Positions 37,628-50,054 of a stretch of 64,000 nt of DNA are shown here, in pieces (the first letter of the stretch is position 1; the number at the start of each line of letters is the position of its first letter). The position numbers and the translations under genes were made by a program. A model generated the notes under the pieces. That model had not been told where the DNA came from. It ran no database searches and saw nothing but the letters and a program-made list of their open reading frames with translations. Origin of the DNA: Escherichia coli. Its GTDB lineage: Bacteria > Pseudomonadota > Gammaproteobacteria > Enterobacterales > Enterobacteriaceae. The stretch lies in NCBI RefSeq assembly GCF_001677475.2, contig NZ_CP015229.1; one strand, given 5' to 3'.

Positions 37628-39217
37628 ATGACGCAAACTCTGTTAGCGATTGAAAATTTGTCGGTGGGTTTTCGCCATCAACAAACCGTACGTACAGTAG
37701 TCAATGATGTTTCACTACAGATTGAGGCTGGCGAAACGCTGGCGCTGGTGGGTGAGTCTGGTTCTGGCAAAAGCGTTACCGCGCTGTCAATTTTACGCCT
37801 GCTCCCTTCCCCGCCGGTTGAATATCTCTCCGGCGATATTCGTTTTCATGACGAATCGCTGCTTCATGCCAGCGACCAAACGTTGCGCGGTGTACGCGGT
37901 AATAAGATCGCCATGATTTTTCAGGAGCCGATGGTGTCATTAAATCCATTGCATACCCTGGAAAAACAGCTTTATGAAGTGCTTTCACTCCACCGCGGGA
38001 TGCGTCGGGAAGCGGCTCGTGGCGAAATTCTTAACTGCCTTGATCGCGTCGGTATCCGCCAGGCGGCAAAACGGCTGACAGATTATCCGCATCAGCTCTC
38101 CGGCGGCGAACGCCAGCGGGTGATGATTGCGATGGCGCTGTTAACGCGACCGGAATTATTAATTGCCGATGAACCGACCACCGCGCTGGACGTCTCTGTC
38201 CAGGCGCAGATTTTACAGCTGTTGCGCGAACTGCAAGGCGAGCTGAATATGGGTATGCTGTTTATTACTCATAACCTCAGCATTGTCAGAAAACTGGCCC
38301 ACCGCGTGGCGGTAATGCAAAACGGTCGCTGTGTCGAGCAAAATAACGCCGCTACGCTATTTGCCTCACCCACACATCCTTACACAAAAAAGCTACTCAA
38401 CAGTGAACCGTCAGGCGACCCGGTGCCATTGCCAGAACCTGCCTCAACGTTGCTAGATGTTGAACAGCTTCAGGTTGCCTTCCCCATTCGTAAAGGGATC
38501 TTGAAGCGCATTGTGGATCATAATGTGGTGGTGAAAAACATCAGTTTTACGCTACAGGCGGGTGAAACACTGGGTTTAGTAGGCGAGTCAGGTTCCGGGA
38601 AAAGCACGACGGGACTGGCGCTGCTGAGACTGATTAACTCTCAGGGCAGCATTATCTTTGACGGTCAGCCACTGCAAAATTTAAATCGCCGCCAGCTGTT
38701 ACCTATTCGTCATCGCATTCAGGTGGTATTTCAGGATCCAAACTCCTCGCTCAACCCACGACTCAACGTTTTGCAGATTATTGAGGAAGGCTTACGGGTT
38801 CACCAGCCGACGCTTTCTGCCGCACAACGCGAACAACAAGTGATAGCCGTGATGCATGAAGTGGGATTAGATCCTGAAACACGCCACCGTTATCCGGCGG
38901 AGTTCTCTGGTGGTCAGCGGCAACGTATTGCGATTGCCAGGGCGTTAATTCTTAAGCCCTCGCTGATCATTCTTGATGAACCAACATCATCGCTCGACAA
39001 AACGGTACAGGCGCAAATATTGACGCTATTGAAATCATTGCAACAAAAGCATCAATTGGCCTATTTGTTTATCAGTCACGATTTGCACGTTGTCCGCGCG
39101 TTATGTCATCAGGTTATCGTACTGCGACAAGGGGAAGTAGTGGAACAAGGACCGTGCGCGCGCGTGTTTGCCGCACCGCAGCAGGAGTATACGCGTCAGC
39201 TACTGGCGTTGAGCTGA
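37628..39217 (+). CDS. yejF: ABC transporter ATP-binding protein with two ABC domains
   Basis: Start at [15 protein letters not shown]; two Walker A motifs (GESGSGKS twice) and LSGGQRQR signature. Confidence 0.9.
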   Translation: MTQTLLAIENLSVGFRHQQTVRTVVNDVSLQIEAGETLALVGESGSGKSVTALSILRLLPSPPVEYLSGDIRFHDESLLHASDQTLRGVRGNKIAMIFQEPMVSLNPLHTLEKQLYEVLSLHRGMRREAARGEILNCLDRVGIRQAAKRLTDYPHQLSGGERQRVMIAMALLTRPELLIADEPTTALDVSVQAQILQLLRELQGELNMGMLFITHNLSIVRKLAHRVAVMQNGRCVEQNNAATLFASPTHPYTKKLLNSEPSGDPVPLPEPASTLLDVEQLQVAFPIRKGILKRIVDHNVVVKNISFTLQAGETLGLVGESGSGKSTTGLALLRLINSQGSIIFDGQPLQNLNRRQLLPIRHRIQVVFQDPNSSLNPRLNVLQIIEEGLRVHQPTLSAAQREQQVIAVMHEVGLDPETRHRYPAEFSGGQRQRIAIARALILKPSLIILDEPTSSLDKTVQAQILTLLKSLQQKHQLAYLFISHDLHVVRALCHQVIVLRQGEVVEQGPCARVFAAPQQEYTRQLLALS

Positions 39218-39220
39218 CGC

Positions 39221-39565
39221 TTAAAAAGGATTGTAGTTTGAGAAGGGTTCGGCAATTGCCACACCAAAATTTTTCAATCGGCATGTTGCAGCAAACTCGT
39301 CCTGGCGATTTACAAACAGGCACGGCTCACCTTCACACTCCAGTACCGAGCATGGAACTTCGATGTCGCTTAACGCCTGGCTTAGTTTGTACATCACCGA
39401 CCATGCATTATCACCATCCGGGCTAAGCAATTTAAGCGCCACCAGGCTGTTGTCACCGCACGGTCCATTTTGCGGAATCGGTTCAACCTTCGAACCTGCG
39501 AAACCAGCAGACCAGCGATAGTTCTGCGGCAGTCGATGGACGATTGAGAGTTGTAATGAAGTCAC
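39221..39565 (-). CDS. yejG: Uncharacterised small protein
   Basis: 114-aa ORF conserved between yejF and bcr. Confidence 0.75.
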
Positions 39566-39897
39566 TTATTTTCCCCGGAAGCACATTTACTTCACAATTT
39601 GTTTACATCAATTTTAACACATCATCAACAATCCGTCTTTATACAGATCGTAAAGATTGATGCCTCGCCAGCGTGGCCTCTATGGCTCTGATTTAAATAA
39701 TATCTGCGGGCGTGGTCACGTTTGCGGGGCTATATGTACCCGTTTCTGCGATCTAACTCAACCTTTTTAACTACAATGATGTGACTTTTTACACAAATTG
39801 ATTTTACATAAAATAAACATATATCGGGGGAATGATGGATTTGTGGTTGACATGCATCAACAAAGGAAGCCTTTTAGCTTCCTCGTTGTGCAATAGA

Positions 39898-41088
39898 TCA
39901 CCGTTTTTTCGGCCGACTGGCGTACAGACAGAAGAGAATGGAGCTGGTTGCGCAGAATGCAATTGACCAAATCATCGGCCATGCAGAATTAAAGGTCGCA
40001 AGAGAAAGCAATGCGCCAACAATTGCCCCTATGCCAAAACGGAAGGTTCCTGCCAGCGAAGATGCCGTTCCCGCCATATGGGGAAACTCATCAAGAATGA
40101 CCGCCATCGCATTAGATGACACCATCGACACGCAGCCCACAAACGCCGCAACGCCAACCACCAGCGACCAGAATCCCAGCCCCAGCAGCGCACTGATGAC
40201 CATCCACGCCGCCATAATAAACTGTATCCACAACCCCGAGCGGAACATATTTAACGCGCCAATGCGGCGAACGAAGCGGCTGTTAAAGATGGTCATCACG
40301 AACAGGAAAACAATGTTTAGCGCAAAGTAATAACCAAAGTTTTCCGGCGCGACGTGGTTAATTTCAATGTAGACAAACGGTCCGGCGCTCAGGAACGAGA
40401 ACATTCCGGCAAAGCTGAAACCGCTGGCCAGCATATAACTCAGGACACGCTTATGACGGAACAGCGCCGCAAAGTTACCAATAGTGGTACGAATGTGAAA
40501 AGGCTGGCGACGCTCCGGTGGTAAGGTTTCTTTGATCAGAAAGAAGATCATTGCCGAAGCCAGAATCGCCGCCACGGCGAGGATCCAGAAGATGTAATGC
40601 CAGCTCAGCCACACCAGCACCCAACCGCCAACTATCGGTGCCATCAGCGGTGCAATGGTCGTCACCAGCATGACAAACGACATCATCCGGGAGAACTCTT
40701 CTTTCGGGTAGATATCACGCATTAAAGCGTTGATAACCACGCTGGCCGCAGCCGCAGCCAGACCGTGGAAGAAACGCATCACAATCAGCTGATCGATGGT
40801 TTGTGCCAGCGCACACGCCACCGCGGCGGCGGCAAACACCAGCGTACCGCCAAGAACCACCGGCTTACGCCCGAAGCTGTCTGCCATCGGCCCGTAGATT
40901 AACTGCCCCAACGCAAAGCCCAGAATATAAGTACTGAGGGTCATCTGCGTACTGCCCGCCGATACGCCAAATTGCGCTGAAATTACCGGTAGCGCGGGCA
41001 GATACATATCAATCGACAGCGGCATCAACATGGCCAGCAGGCCAAGGATAAAAACAATAGCAAACGACGAATGCTGTCGGGTGGTCAC
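39898..41088 (-). CDS. bcr: Bicyclomycin/multidrug efflux MFS transporter
   Basis: 396-aa 12-TM MFS ORF. Confidence 0.9.
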   Translation of the reverse strand: MTTRQHSSFAIVFILGLLAMLMPLSIDMYLPALPVISAQFGVSAGSTQMTLSTYILGFALGQLIYGPMADSFGRKPVVLGGTLVFAAAAVACALAQTIDQLIVMRFFHGLAAAAASVVINALMRDIYPKEEFSRMMSFVMLVTTIAPLMAPIVGGWVLVWLSWHYIFWILAVAAILASAMIFFLIKETLPPERRQPFHIRTTIGNFAALFRHKRVLSYMLASGFSFAGMFSFLSAGPFVYIEINHVAPENFGYYFALNIVFLFVMTIFNSRFVRRIGALNMFRSGLWIQFIMAAWMVISALLGLGFWSLVVGVAAFVGCVSMVSSNAMAVILDEFPHMAGTASSLAGTFRFGIGAIVGALLSLATFNSAWPMIWSIAFCATSSILFCLYASRPKKR

Positions 41089-41115
41089 AACGGGCTCCTG
41101 AAAGTCATTGAAAAG

Positions 41116-41811
41116 TTAGACGACGCTGGCAATTTCTTCTTCAGTTAACGGACGATATTCACCGGGTGCTAAATCAGCATCCAGCGTAATGCCGCCAATA
41201 CGTTCACGATGCAGCTCAACCACGTGGTTACCCACGGCGGCGAACATGCGTTTCACCTGATGATAACGCCCTTCGCTGATGGTCAGACGAACCTGCGTTG
41301 GGGTAATCACTTCCAGCACCGCCGGCTTAGTGAGATCTTTTTCGTTATGCAGCTGCACGCCTTTAGCAAATTGCTCTGCCGTATCGTCAGCTACGGGGGA
41401 TTCCAGCGTCACCAGATAGGTCTTCTCGCAATGATGGCGCGGAGAAGTAATGCGGTGCGACCACTGACCATCATCTGTCATCAGCACCAGACCGGTGGTA
41501 TCGATATCCAGACGCCCTGCGGCGTGCAGTTTCCACGCTACCGGTTCATCCAGAAAATAGAGCACCGTTGGGTGATCCGGGTCGTCCGTGGAGCAAACAT
41601 AGCCCTGAGGCTTATTGAGCATGAAGTAACGTGGGCCGTGTTGCTGCGCCAGCGGGTTGCCATCGTAAGCGACATCATGTTCAGGAAGCAGTTTGAACGC
41701 TGCATTACGGACGATTTCGCCATCAACGGTGACACGATTGCCGCGGATTTCACGCCCGGCAATAGCACGGCTAACGCCGAGTTGCTGTGCGATAAATTTA
41801 TCAAGTCGCAT
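41116..41811 (-). CDS. rsuA: 16S rRNA pseudouridine(516) synthase
   Basis: Start taken at [15 protein letters not shown] (S4 domain) followed by pseudouridine-synthase catalytic domain; ORF-track upstream extension rejected. Confidence 0.9.
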
Positions 41812-41960
41812 GTGTGTGATTTTGCCTGTAAAAAACGGAGGTCGGGTAAAGACCCGAAAATCTGAACTGTTGTCTGCCCAGTATAGCGGTCTAATAACTT
41901 CCCTCAAGGGAAAAAGATCCGTGGCATACTATTAGCAGAATAATCTACCTACGCGAGACC

Positions 41961-43721
41961 ATGATTTTTACACTCCGTCCATATCAGCAAGAAGCCGTGG
42001 ATGCCACGCTCAACCATTTTCGTCGCCATAAAACCCCTGCCGTTATCGTGCTGCCCACCGGTGCAGGTAAAAGCCTGGTGATAGCGGAACTGGCGCGGCT
42101 GGCTCGTGGTCGCGTGCTGGTGCTGGCACACGTTAAAGAACTGGTGGCGCAAAACCATGCAAAATATCAGGCGCTGGGGCTGGAAGCCGATATTTTTGCC
42201 GCCGGGCTAAAGCGCAAAGAGAGCCACGGTAAAGTGGTATTTGGCAGCGTGCAGTCGGTCGCCCGTAATCTTGATGCCTTTCAGGGCGAATTTTCGCTGT
42301 TGATTGTCGATGAATGCCACCGTATTGGTGACGATGAAGAGAGCCAGTATCAGCAAATCCTCACTCACCTGACCAAAGTGAATCCCCACTTACGCCTGCT
42401 GGGGCTGACTGCCACGCCTTTTCGACTGGGCAAAGGCTGGATTTATCAGTTCCATTATCACGGCATGGTACGCGGGGATGAGAAAGCCCTTTTCCGTGAC
42501 TGCATTTATGAGCTGCCGCTGCGTTATATGATTAAACACGGCTATCTGACGCCGCCAGAACGGCTGGATATGCCGGTAGTGCAATACGATTTCAGCCGCT
42601 TGCAGGCACAGAGTAACGGGCTGTTCAGCGAAGCCGATCTCAACCGCGAGCTGAAAAAACAGCAACGCATTACCCCGCACATCATCAGCCAGATCATGGA
42701 GTTTGCCGCAACGCGCAAAGGAGTGATGATTTTCGCCGCCACCGTTGAACACGCCAAGGAGATAGTGGGACTGCTGCCTGCCGAAGATGCAGCACTGATT
42801 ACTGGCGACACACCCGGCGCTGAGCGCGATGTGTTGATTGAAGATTTTAAAGCCCAGCGTTTTCGCTATCTGGTCAACGTCGCGGTACTGACCACCGGAT
42901 TTGACGCCCCACACGTCGATCTTATTGCTATTCTGCGCCCTACCGAATCGGTGAGTCTTTACCAACAAATTGTCGGGCGCGGTCTGCGTCTGGCTCCAGG
43001 CAAGACTGATTGCTTAATTCTTGATTATGCGGGTAATCCTCACGATCTCTACGCGCCGGAGGTCGGTACACCAAAAGGCAAAAGTGACAACGTCCCGGTA
43101 CAGGTTTTCTGCCCTGCCTGCGGTTTTGCCAACACCTTTTGGGGGAAAACGACCGCTGACGGGACATTGATTGAACACTTTGGTCGTCGTTGTCAGGGAT
43201 GGTTTGAAGATGACGACGGTCATCGAGAACAGTGTGACTTCCGTTTCCGTTTTAAAAATTGCCCGCAATGTAACGCAGAAAATGATATTGCCGCCCGCCG
43301 CTGCCGCGAATGTGACACCATACTGGTTGATCCAGACGACATGTTAAAAGCGGCGCTACGACTGAAAGACGCGCTGGTATTACGCTGTAGCGGTATGTCT
43401 TTGCAGCATGGGCACGATGAGAAAGGCGAATGGTTGAAAATTACCTATTACGATGAAGACGGCGCGGATGTGAGTGAGCGTTTCCGTCTACAAACGCCCG
43501 CCCAGCGTACCGCCTTCGAACAACTTTTTATCCGTCCGCATACGCGCACACCGGGCATCCCTCTGCGCTGGATCACCGCTGCCGATATCCTCGCCCAGCA
43601 AGCCTTATTGCGACACCCGGATTTTGTCGTCGCCCGCATGAAAGGCCAGTACTGGCAAGTGCGTGAAAAAGTGTTCGATTACGAAGGTCGTTTTCGTCGG
43701 GCGCACGAATTACGCGGTTAA
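41961..43721 (+). CDS. radD: SF2 ATP-dependent DNA helicase RadD
   Basis: 586-aa ORF with Walker A (PTGAGKS), DECH box and C-terminal zinc-finger-like cysteines. Confidence 0.9.
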   Translation: MIFTLRPYQQEAVDATLNHFRRHKTPAVIVLPTGAGKSLVIAELARLARGRVLVLAHVKELVAQNHAKYQALGLEADIFAAGLKRKESHGKVVFGSVQSVARNLDAFQGEFSLLIVDECHRIGDDEESQYQQILTHLTKVNPHLRLLGLTATPFRLGKGWIYQFHYHGMVRGDEKALFRDCIYELPLRYMIKHGYLTPPERLDMPVVQYDFSRLQAQSNGLFSEADLNRELKKQQRITPHIISQIMEFAATRKGVMIFAATVEHAKEIVGLLPAEDAALITGDTPGAERDVLIEDFKAQRFRYLVNVAVLTTGFDAPHVDLIAILRPTESVSLYQQIVGRGLRLAPGKTDCLILDYAGNPHDLYAPEVGTPKGKSDNVPVQVFCPACGFANTFWGKTTADGTLIEHFGRRCQGWFEDDDGHREQCDFRFRFKNCPQCNAENDIAARRCRECDTILVDPDDMLKAALRLKDALVLRCSGMSLQHGHDEKGEWLKITYYDEDGADVSERFRLQTPAQRTAFEQLFIRPHTRTPGIPLRWITAADILAQQALLRHPDFVVARMKGQYWQVREKVFDYEGRFRRAHELRG

Positions 43722-43737
43722 TGGTAGTTTTGATTGA

Positions 43738-44130
<393 letters not shown>

Positions 44131-44149
44131 TTGCTGAATAAGTTGTAAA

Positions 44150-44176
44150 AAACCCCGCTCCGGCGGGGTTTTTTGT
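44150..44176 (+). terminator. Rho-independent terminator after rplY
   Basis: AAAAACCCCGCTCCGGCGGGGTTTTTTG: GC stem plus T-run. Confidence 0.8.
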
Positions 44177-44268
44177 ATCTGCAGATTATACCTGATTACG
44201 GTATTGCTATTTTTTGCAGGCCAGATAAGGCGTTCACGCCGCATCTGGCATTCATAACACAAAACCGA

Positions 44269-45276
44269 TTAATTGCCGCCGGACGTCCGGCGCTGCAATT
44301 GATCGCGCAGGTTCGGCGGCGTGCCTTTAATGGTCAGGGTATCGGTCGCCGGATCCCAGAAGATGCGTTCACCTAAAAGCATCGCATCAAAGTTAATAGT
44401 CAAGCCACCGCCGCTACCGGCAAACTTCGTCAACTGACGCAGTGTGCTACGGTCTGCCGGGAAGCTCTCTTCCAGTTCGTAGCCTTTTTCAGCCGCAAAC
44501 TCCGTGAAGCTCACTTCGCTGACGCCTGCCAGCTCTTTCGACAGCGATTCCAGTTCAATCTCTTCACCTGCCTGCAGCTGCTCATTACAGTAGCTATAAA
44601 CCTGCTGGCGCACGTTCTGTCGCTCTGCTTTATCCAGTTGTGCTTCGGCAGTGAAATCATCGACCGCTTGCAATAGTCCACGGTTTTGCGCTTTCGCGTT
44701 CAACCCTTCGCTGGCACCGAGGAAATCCATAAAGAAATCCGCCACTTTGCGCCCTACTCGTCCTTTCAGGAAAGTGAGATAGCGGGTCGACTCTGGATTG
44801 GTTTCCCATTCGGTTAAATCGATACGCGCAACAATATCCGCATGATTGATATCAAGATAATGGGTTGGGTTGATGTCGAGATTTTCGTTAACGCGCATAC
44901 TGCTCAGGTTGCTCAGAACTGCCACCAGCAAATACTCCACCGCCAGATAGCGATAGTGGCAAAACAGCACGAATCCACCGTCAGCAAAAGGATATTTCGC
45001 TAATTCGTCACGCAGGCGACCGGTTGCCGCGCGGCTAAATGCCAGAAAGTCCTCTTCGCCCTGACGCTGTAAGCGCAGCGTCTGCGCCAGTTCACTCTCT
45101 TCGCTAAACAAGCCGTAAGCTTTATTTTTGGCGCTATAGACCCGATGCAGTTCTGCCACCATCTCAACGACGGTTTCCGTCGGTTCCAGCAATGAATCGC
45201 GCAACACCAGCTCAAGGTTCTGCTCATCACGCTTGATAAGCTGGTGCAGAGCAATCTGGTTGATATCCAGACTCAT
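44269..45276 (-). CDS. yejK: Nucleoid-associated protein NdpA
   Basis: 335-aa ORF. Confidence 0.9.
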
Positions 45277-45457
45277 GATAAACTCTCCTTTAAGACCGGG
45301 CGGTATTCAACCACCGCCGGTTAAGCGACGCAATAAAAGATGGCGGTCATTTTACAGAAGGCGGCGTAACGAGAATGATTTAACGCATAAAAAAGCAGAA
45401 AAAAAACCGTTGCTACGGTAATATGTTGCCCTTTCATCAACTAACTGATTTCGATTT

Positions 45458-45685
45458 ATGCCACAAATTTCCCGCTACAGTGATGAACAGGTTGAACAAT
45501 TGCTCGCAGAGCTGCTCAACGTACTGGAAAAACATAAGGCTCCGACCGACCTTTCCCTGATGGTGTTAGGCAACATGGTCACTAACCTTATCAACACCAG
45601 CATTGCCCCGGCCCAACGCCAGGCAATTGCCAACTCTTTTGCCCGCGCCTTACAGTCCTCTATCAACGAAGACAAAGCGCACTAA
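45458..45685 (+). CDS. yejL: UPF0352 small protein
   Basis: 75-aa ORF immediately upstream of yejM. Confidence 0.85.
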
Positions 45686-45704
45686 GGGAAACAGATAACA
45701 GGTT

Positions 45705-47465
45705 ATGGTAACTCATCGTCAGCGCTACCGTGAAAAAGTCTCCCAGATGGTCAGTTGGGGGCACTGGTTTGCACTGTTCAATATTCTGCTTTCGCTCGTC
45801 ATTGGCAGCCGTTACCTGTTTATCGCCGACTGGCCGACAACGCTTGCTGGTCGCATTTATTCCTACGTAAGCATTATCGGCCATTTCAGCTTCCTGGTGT
45901 TCGCCACCTACTTGCTGATCCTCTTCCCGCTGACCTTTATCGTCGGCTCCCAGAGGCTGATGAGGTTTTTGTCCGTCATTCTGGCAACGGCGGGAATGAC
46001 ACTATTACTGATCGATAGCGAAGTCTTTACTCGTTTCCATCTCCATCTTAATCCCATCGTCTGGCAACTGGTTATTAACCCAGACGAAAATGAGATGGCG
46101 CGCGACTGGCAGCTGATGTTCATCAGCGTGCCGGTTATTTTATTGCTTGAACTGGTGTTTGCGACGTGGAGCTGGCAAAAGCTGCGCAGCCTGACGCGTC
46201 GTCGACGCTTCGCGCGCCCGCTGGCCGCATTCTTATTTATCGCCTTTATCGCCTCGCATGTGGTGTATATCTGGGCCGATGCCAACTTCTATCGCCCGAT
46301 CACCATGCAGCGCGCTAACCTGCCGCTTTCGTACCCGATGACGGCGCGACGTTTTCTTGAGAAGCATGGTCTGCTTGATGCGCAGGAGTATCAACGCCGT
46401 CTTATTGAGCAAGGTAATCCAGACGCCGTTTCCGTTCAGTATCCGTTAAGCGAACTGCGCTATCGCGATATGGGCACCGGGCAGAATGTGCTGTTGATTA
46501 CTGTCGATGGCCTGAACTACTCACGCTTCGAGAAGCAGATGCCTGCACTGGCAGGTTTTGCTGAGCAAAATATTTCGTTCACGCGCCATATGAGCTCCGG
46601 CAACACTACAGACAACGGCATCTTTGGCCTGTTCTATGGCATCTCGCCGAGCTATATGGACGGCATTCTGTCGACCCGTACCCCTGCGGCGTTAATTACT
46701 GCGCTTAATCAGCAAGGCTATCAGCTGGGGTTATTCTCGTCGGATGGCTTTACCAGCCCGCTGTATCGCCAGGCATTGTTGTCAGATTTCTCGATGCCGA
46801 GCGTACGCACCCAATCTGACGATCAGACCGCCACGCAGTGGATCAACTGGCTGGGCCGCTACGCACAAGAAGATAACCGCTGGTTCTCGTGGGTTTCTTT
46901 CAATGGCACTAACATTGACGACAGCAATCAGCAGGCATTTGCACGGAAATATAGCCGGGCGGCAGGCAATGTCGATGACCAGATCAACCGCGTGCTCAAT
47001 GCACTGCGTGATTCTGGCAAACTGGACAATACGGTGGTGATTATCACTGCCGGTCGGGGTATTCCACTGAGCGAAGAGGAAGAAACCTTTGACTGGTCCC
47101 ACGGTCATCTGCAGGTGCCATTAGTGATTCACTGGCCAGGTACGCCGGCGCAGCGTATTAATGCTCTGACTGATCATACCGATCTGATGACGACGCTGAT
47201 GCAACGCCTGCTACATGTCAGCACACCTGCCAGCGAATATTCGCAAGGTCAGGATTTGTTCAACCCTCAACGCCGTCATTACTGGGTTACCGCCGCGGAT
47301 AACGATACGCTGGCAATTACCACCCCGAAAAAGACGCTGGTGCTGAACAATAACGGTAAATACCGTACTTACAACTTACGTGGTGAAAGAGTGAAAGATG
47401 AAAAACCACAGTTAAGTTTGTTATTGCAAGTGCTGACAGACGAGAAGCGTTTTATCGCTAACTGA
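45705..47465 (+). CDS. yejM: Inner-membrane sulfatase-fold protein (PbgA/LapC; LPS homeostasis)
   Basis: 586-aa ORF with N-terminal 5-TM domain and periplasmic alkaline-phosphatase-like domain. Confidence 0.9.
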   Translation: MVTHRQRYREKVSQMVSWGHWFALFNILLSLVIGSRYLFIADWPTTLAGRIYSYVSIIGHFSFLVFATYLLILFPLTFIVGSQRLMRFLSVILATAGMTLLLIDSEVFTRFHLHLNPIVWQLVINPDENEMARDWQLMFISVPVILLLELVFATWSWQKLRSLTRRRRFARPLAAFLFIAFIASHVVYIWADANFYRPITMQRANLPLSYPMTARRFLEKHGLLDAQEYQRRLIEQGNPDAVSVQYPLSELRYRDMGTGQNVLLITVDGLNYSRFEKQMPALAGFAEQNISFTRHMSSGNTTDNGIFGLFYGISPSYMDGILSTRTPAALITALNQQGYQLGLFSSDGFTSPLYRQALLSDFSMPSVRTQSDDQTATQWINWLGRYAQEDNRWFSWVSFNGTNIDDSNQQAFARKYSRAAGNVDDQINRVLNALRDSGKLDNTVVIITAGRGIPLSEEEETFDWSHGHLQVPLVIHWPGTPAQRINALTDHTDLMTTLMQRLLHVSTPASEYSQGQDLFNPQRRHYWVTAADNDTLAITTPKKTLVLNNNGKYRTYNLRGERVKDEKPQLSLLLQVLTDEKRFIAN

Positions 47466-47539
47466 TTAATTATAAATCAGTTAGCGAAATATCTTACTTG
47501 CAATCGGTGTGGAAAACGGTAGTATTAGCAGCCACGAGT

Positions 47540-47616
47540 CGGCACGTAGCGCAGCCTGGTAGCGCACCGTCATGGGGTGTCGGGGGTCGGAGGTTCAAAT
47601 CCTCTCGTGCCGACCA
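47540..47616 (+). tRNA. proL: tRNA-Pro (anticodon GGG)
   Basis: CGGCACGTAGCGCAGCCTGGTAGCGCACCGTCATGGGGTGTCGGGGGTCGGAGGTTCAAATCCTCTCGTGCCGACCA; cloverleaf with GGG anticodon; encoded CCA absent. Confidence 0.9.
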
Positions 47617-47618
47617 AA
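47602..47618 (+). repeat. attL core (3' end of tRNA-Pro)
   Basis: CTCTCGTGCCGACCAAA, identical to the copy at 58597-58613. Confidence 0.8.
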
Positions 47619-47652
47619 TCGCCCACCGGAAAGCACCGAATAAGACAGGGAT

Positions 47653-47686
47653 AACCCGCTAATCACTTGATTGGCGGGTTTTTTTA
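47653..47686 (+). terminator. Rho-independent terminator downstream of proL (island-borne)
   Basis: AACCCGCTAATCACTTGATTGGCGGGTTTTTTT: stem-loop plus T7 run. Confidence 0.6.
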
Positions 47687-47740
47687 TGGTTTTTAGTCAC
47701 CGAACATCACCGGATTTATAAGCTATCAGCCGGATTTTTT

Positions 47741-47790
47741 AGTTATACGTTTAGTTATACGGGCTGGCGTATAACTAAAGCCGTATAACT
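47741..47790. repeat. Candidate integrase arm-type sites: 2 x AGTTATACG followed by 2 x CGTATAACT (inverted)
   Basis: TAGTTATACGTTTAGTTATACGGGCTGGCGTATAACTAAAGCCGTATAACT just upstream of int; related GCTA(C/T)ACG pair near attR at 58515-58535. Confidence 0.5.
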
Positions 47791-47824
47791 AAAACCCTGT
47801 TTTTTCGTGTGGAATCATAGACAT

Positions 47825-49066
47825 ATGGCGAGAAAAACACCCCCATTAACCACAGTGCAGATCAAAGCAGCCAGACCAGCGCAAAAGGAGTACACCCTAC
47901 AGGACGGCGGTGGGCTTTTTCTCCTGGTAAAACCGTCCGGATCAAAACTCTGGCGATTTTCCTACTACCGACCATCGGACAAAAAAAGAATATTGCTGAG
48001 TTTTGGATCGCTTGAAGATGTTTCCCTGGCTGATGCCAGAAAACGCCGTAGCGAGTACAGGACGTTAATCAGTGCCGGAACTGACCCGCAGGACCATGAG
48101 AAGAAAAAACGAGAGGCAGAGGCCCGAAGACAAGGGAACACGTTCGAAAATGTGGCGGCGGCATGGTACCAGGTGAAAATCAGCCAGAATCTGGCCCCCA
48201 ACACGATTAAAGACATCTGGCGTTCGCTGGATAAATATGTATTCCCGTTCATCGGCAACACGCCAATAGATACCCTCACCGCTCGCCGCTTTGTTGAGAT
48301 ACTCACACCCATTAAAGCACGCGGCAACCTGGAAACTCTGAAACGCGTTTTACAACGCATCAATGAAGTGATGGATTTTGCTGCCAACAGTGGGCTGATT
48401 GACATCAACACCGCCGCGAACGTCCGCAAGGCATTCCCTTCCCCCACTAAAAAGCATATGCCAACCATCCGACCGGAACAGCTACCGCAGCTAATGCACG
48501 ATTTATCGGTCGCCAGCATAGAACGGCAAACCAGATTGCTAATCGAGTGGCAACTGCTGACCGTAGCACGCCCAGCCGAAGCAGCCGCCGCACGCTGGGA
48601 AGAAATAGATCTCGATGCCGAAACATGGACGATTCCAGCCGGACGCATGAAGATGCGCCGTGACCATGTGATCCCTCTTTGCGGTCAGGCGATAGCTGTA
48701 CTGGAAACAATGAAGCCAATCAGCGCACACAGGGAACATGTTTTTCCCAGCCTTAAAAATCCAATGCTGCCAATGAGCAGCCAGACCGCTAACGCTGCAT
48801 TGCGCCGGATGGGATACGCTGGTGTGCTGGTGTCTCACGGATTACGCGCCATATTCAGTACAGCAGCGAACGAGGAAGGATTCGAGCCGGACGTAATCGA
48901 GGCCGCACTCGCACACGTGGACACGAACGAGGTAAGGCGAGCATATAACCGAAGTAACTACCTGGAAAAGCGCGTGGTGCTTATGCGCTGGTGGGGGGAA
49001 TTTGTAGAGGCCGCAGCTACCGGAGTGACCATAGCCAGTGGTAAAAGGGGTATCCGTGCCGTGTAA
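47825..49066 (+). CDS. int: Tyrosine recombinase / integrase, P4-like (N-terminal DUF4102-type arm-binding domain)
   Basis: MARKTPPLTTVQIKAARPAQKEYTLQDGGGLFLLVKPSGSKLWRFSYY... with C-terminal catalytic region (HGLRA...RAYNRSNY); adjacent to tRNA. The GTG at 47807 is an alternative start. Confidence 0.85.
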   Translation: MARKTPPLTTVQIKAARPAQKEYTLQDGGGLFLLVKPSGSKLWRFSYYRPSDKKRILLSFGSLEDVSLADARKRRSEYRTLISAGTDPQDHEKKKREAEARRQGNTFENVAAAWYQVKISQNLAPNTIKDIWRSLDKYVFPFIGNTPIDTLTARRFVEILTPIKARGNLETLKRVLQRINEVMDFAANSGLIDINTAANVRKAFPSPTKKHMPTIRPEQLPQLMHDLSVASIERQTRLLIEWQLLTVARPAEAAAARWEEIDLDAETWTIPAGRMKMRRDHVIPLCGQAIAVLETMKPISAHREHVFPSLKNPMLPMSSQTANAALRRMGYAGVLVSHGLRAIFSTAANEEGFEPDVIEAALAHVDTNEVRRAYNRSNYLEKRVVLMRWWGEFVEAAATGVTIASGKRGIRAV

Positions 49067-49164
49067 CTGTACAAAAAACCAGTAAAAGCGATGCAAACCA
49101 TGCCAAACCATCGTATAATTGCCACAAATTTAACGACAAGGCCGGAGTATATGAAAATTCTATT

Positions 49165-49395
49165 ATGCAAAATACCACCGCCTACGGCGAAGGGCTGCAA
49201 CTGGCGTTAATGGCAAATCGTGAATTCTGGTCAACATACGATCCGGAAGACAAATCAACAGCCCCCACAAAACACGAGGTAGTCAGTTTTTTGCGCTCGC
49301 GTGGTGCATCGAAAAATCTGGCTGAAAGCATCGACAAGGTGCTGAGGCCCACCAGCCTTAAATGCGGTGGGCGACCTAAGAAGTGGAAACGGTAA
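49165..49395 (+). CDS. Hypothetical small protein (76 aa) followed by a terminator-like hairpin
   Basis: ORF with basic C-terminus (GGRPKKWKR); hairpin ATAGCGGCCCTTTGCGGTCGCTATTTTTTT at 49401-49430. Confidence 0.35.
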   Translation: MQNTTAYGEGLQLALMANREFWSTYDPEDKSTAPTKHEVVSFLRSRGASKNLAESIDKVLRPTSLKCGGRPKKWKR

Positions 49396-49565
49396 TCACA
49401 ATAGCGGCCCTTTGCGGTCGCTATTTTTTTGCAGAAAGAAAAGCGTAATCAATGAGATAAAAAACAGTGGGTACCGTTTTAAAACGGTGGGTACTGTTTT
49501 TCCCGCCCTGCCCTGTTTTACCGTATTTATCACCGGAATACGCCGGATTAACGAGGTAAAACATA

Positions 49566-49772
49566 GTGGAAACAATCAGAAAAATACTTACCCGTCAGGA
49601 AGTAAAAAATATTCTGCGCATCAAGGCAGACAGTTCGCTACAGGACATGATCAACGCCGGAAAATTCCCGAAAGGCTTCAAAATCGGTCTGCGTCGTGTT
49701 GGCTGGTATGAAGATGAAGTGCTGGCCTGGCTGAAAGAGCGCGAGGAAGAAGCGCGCGGAACGGCTGCGTAA
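49566..49772 (+). CDS. alpA: AlpA-family (HTH_17) transcriptional regulator / excisionase-like protein
   Basis: GTG start with GAGG SD; 68 aa, LTRQEVKNILRIKADSSLQDMINAGKFPKGFKIGLRRVGWYEDEVLAWL matches the AlpA/prophage CP4-57 regulator pattern. Confidence 0.8.
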   Translation: METIRKILTRQEVKNILRIKADSSLQDMINAGKFPKGFKIGLRRVGWYEDEVLAWLKEREEEARGTAA

Positions 49773-50054
49773 TGGTGTGAGGCGTAACGCGATGAACATA
49801 ACAAAAAGCGCCCCGTTGCCGGAGCGCCCTTGCGAACAATTAACCTACTGCGCAAAAAATGAATCAGTGCAGTGGGATTATATCAACCGTGTAGCGAAGC
49901 GCCACAATTGCCGGATAACAGGCAAAACAAAGGCCACCCGCTACGGTGGCCCTTCGACACAAGCTACACGTTATCCCCAACGCATAAGCGCTGATTACTA
50001 TGCCGTGATTACATCCGGTTGGCAATGTGATCAGTGCGCTGGCTTGCTGGTGGG

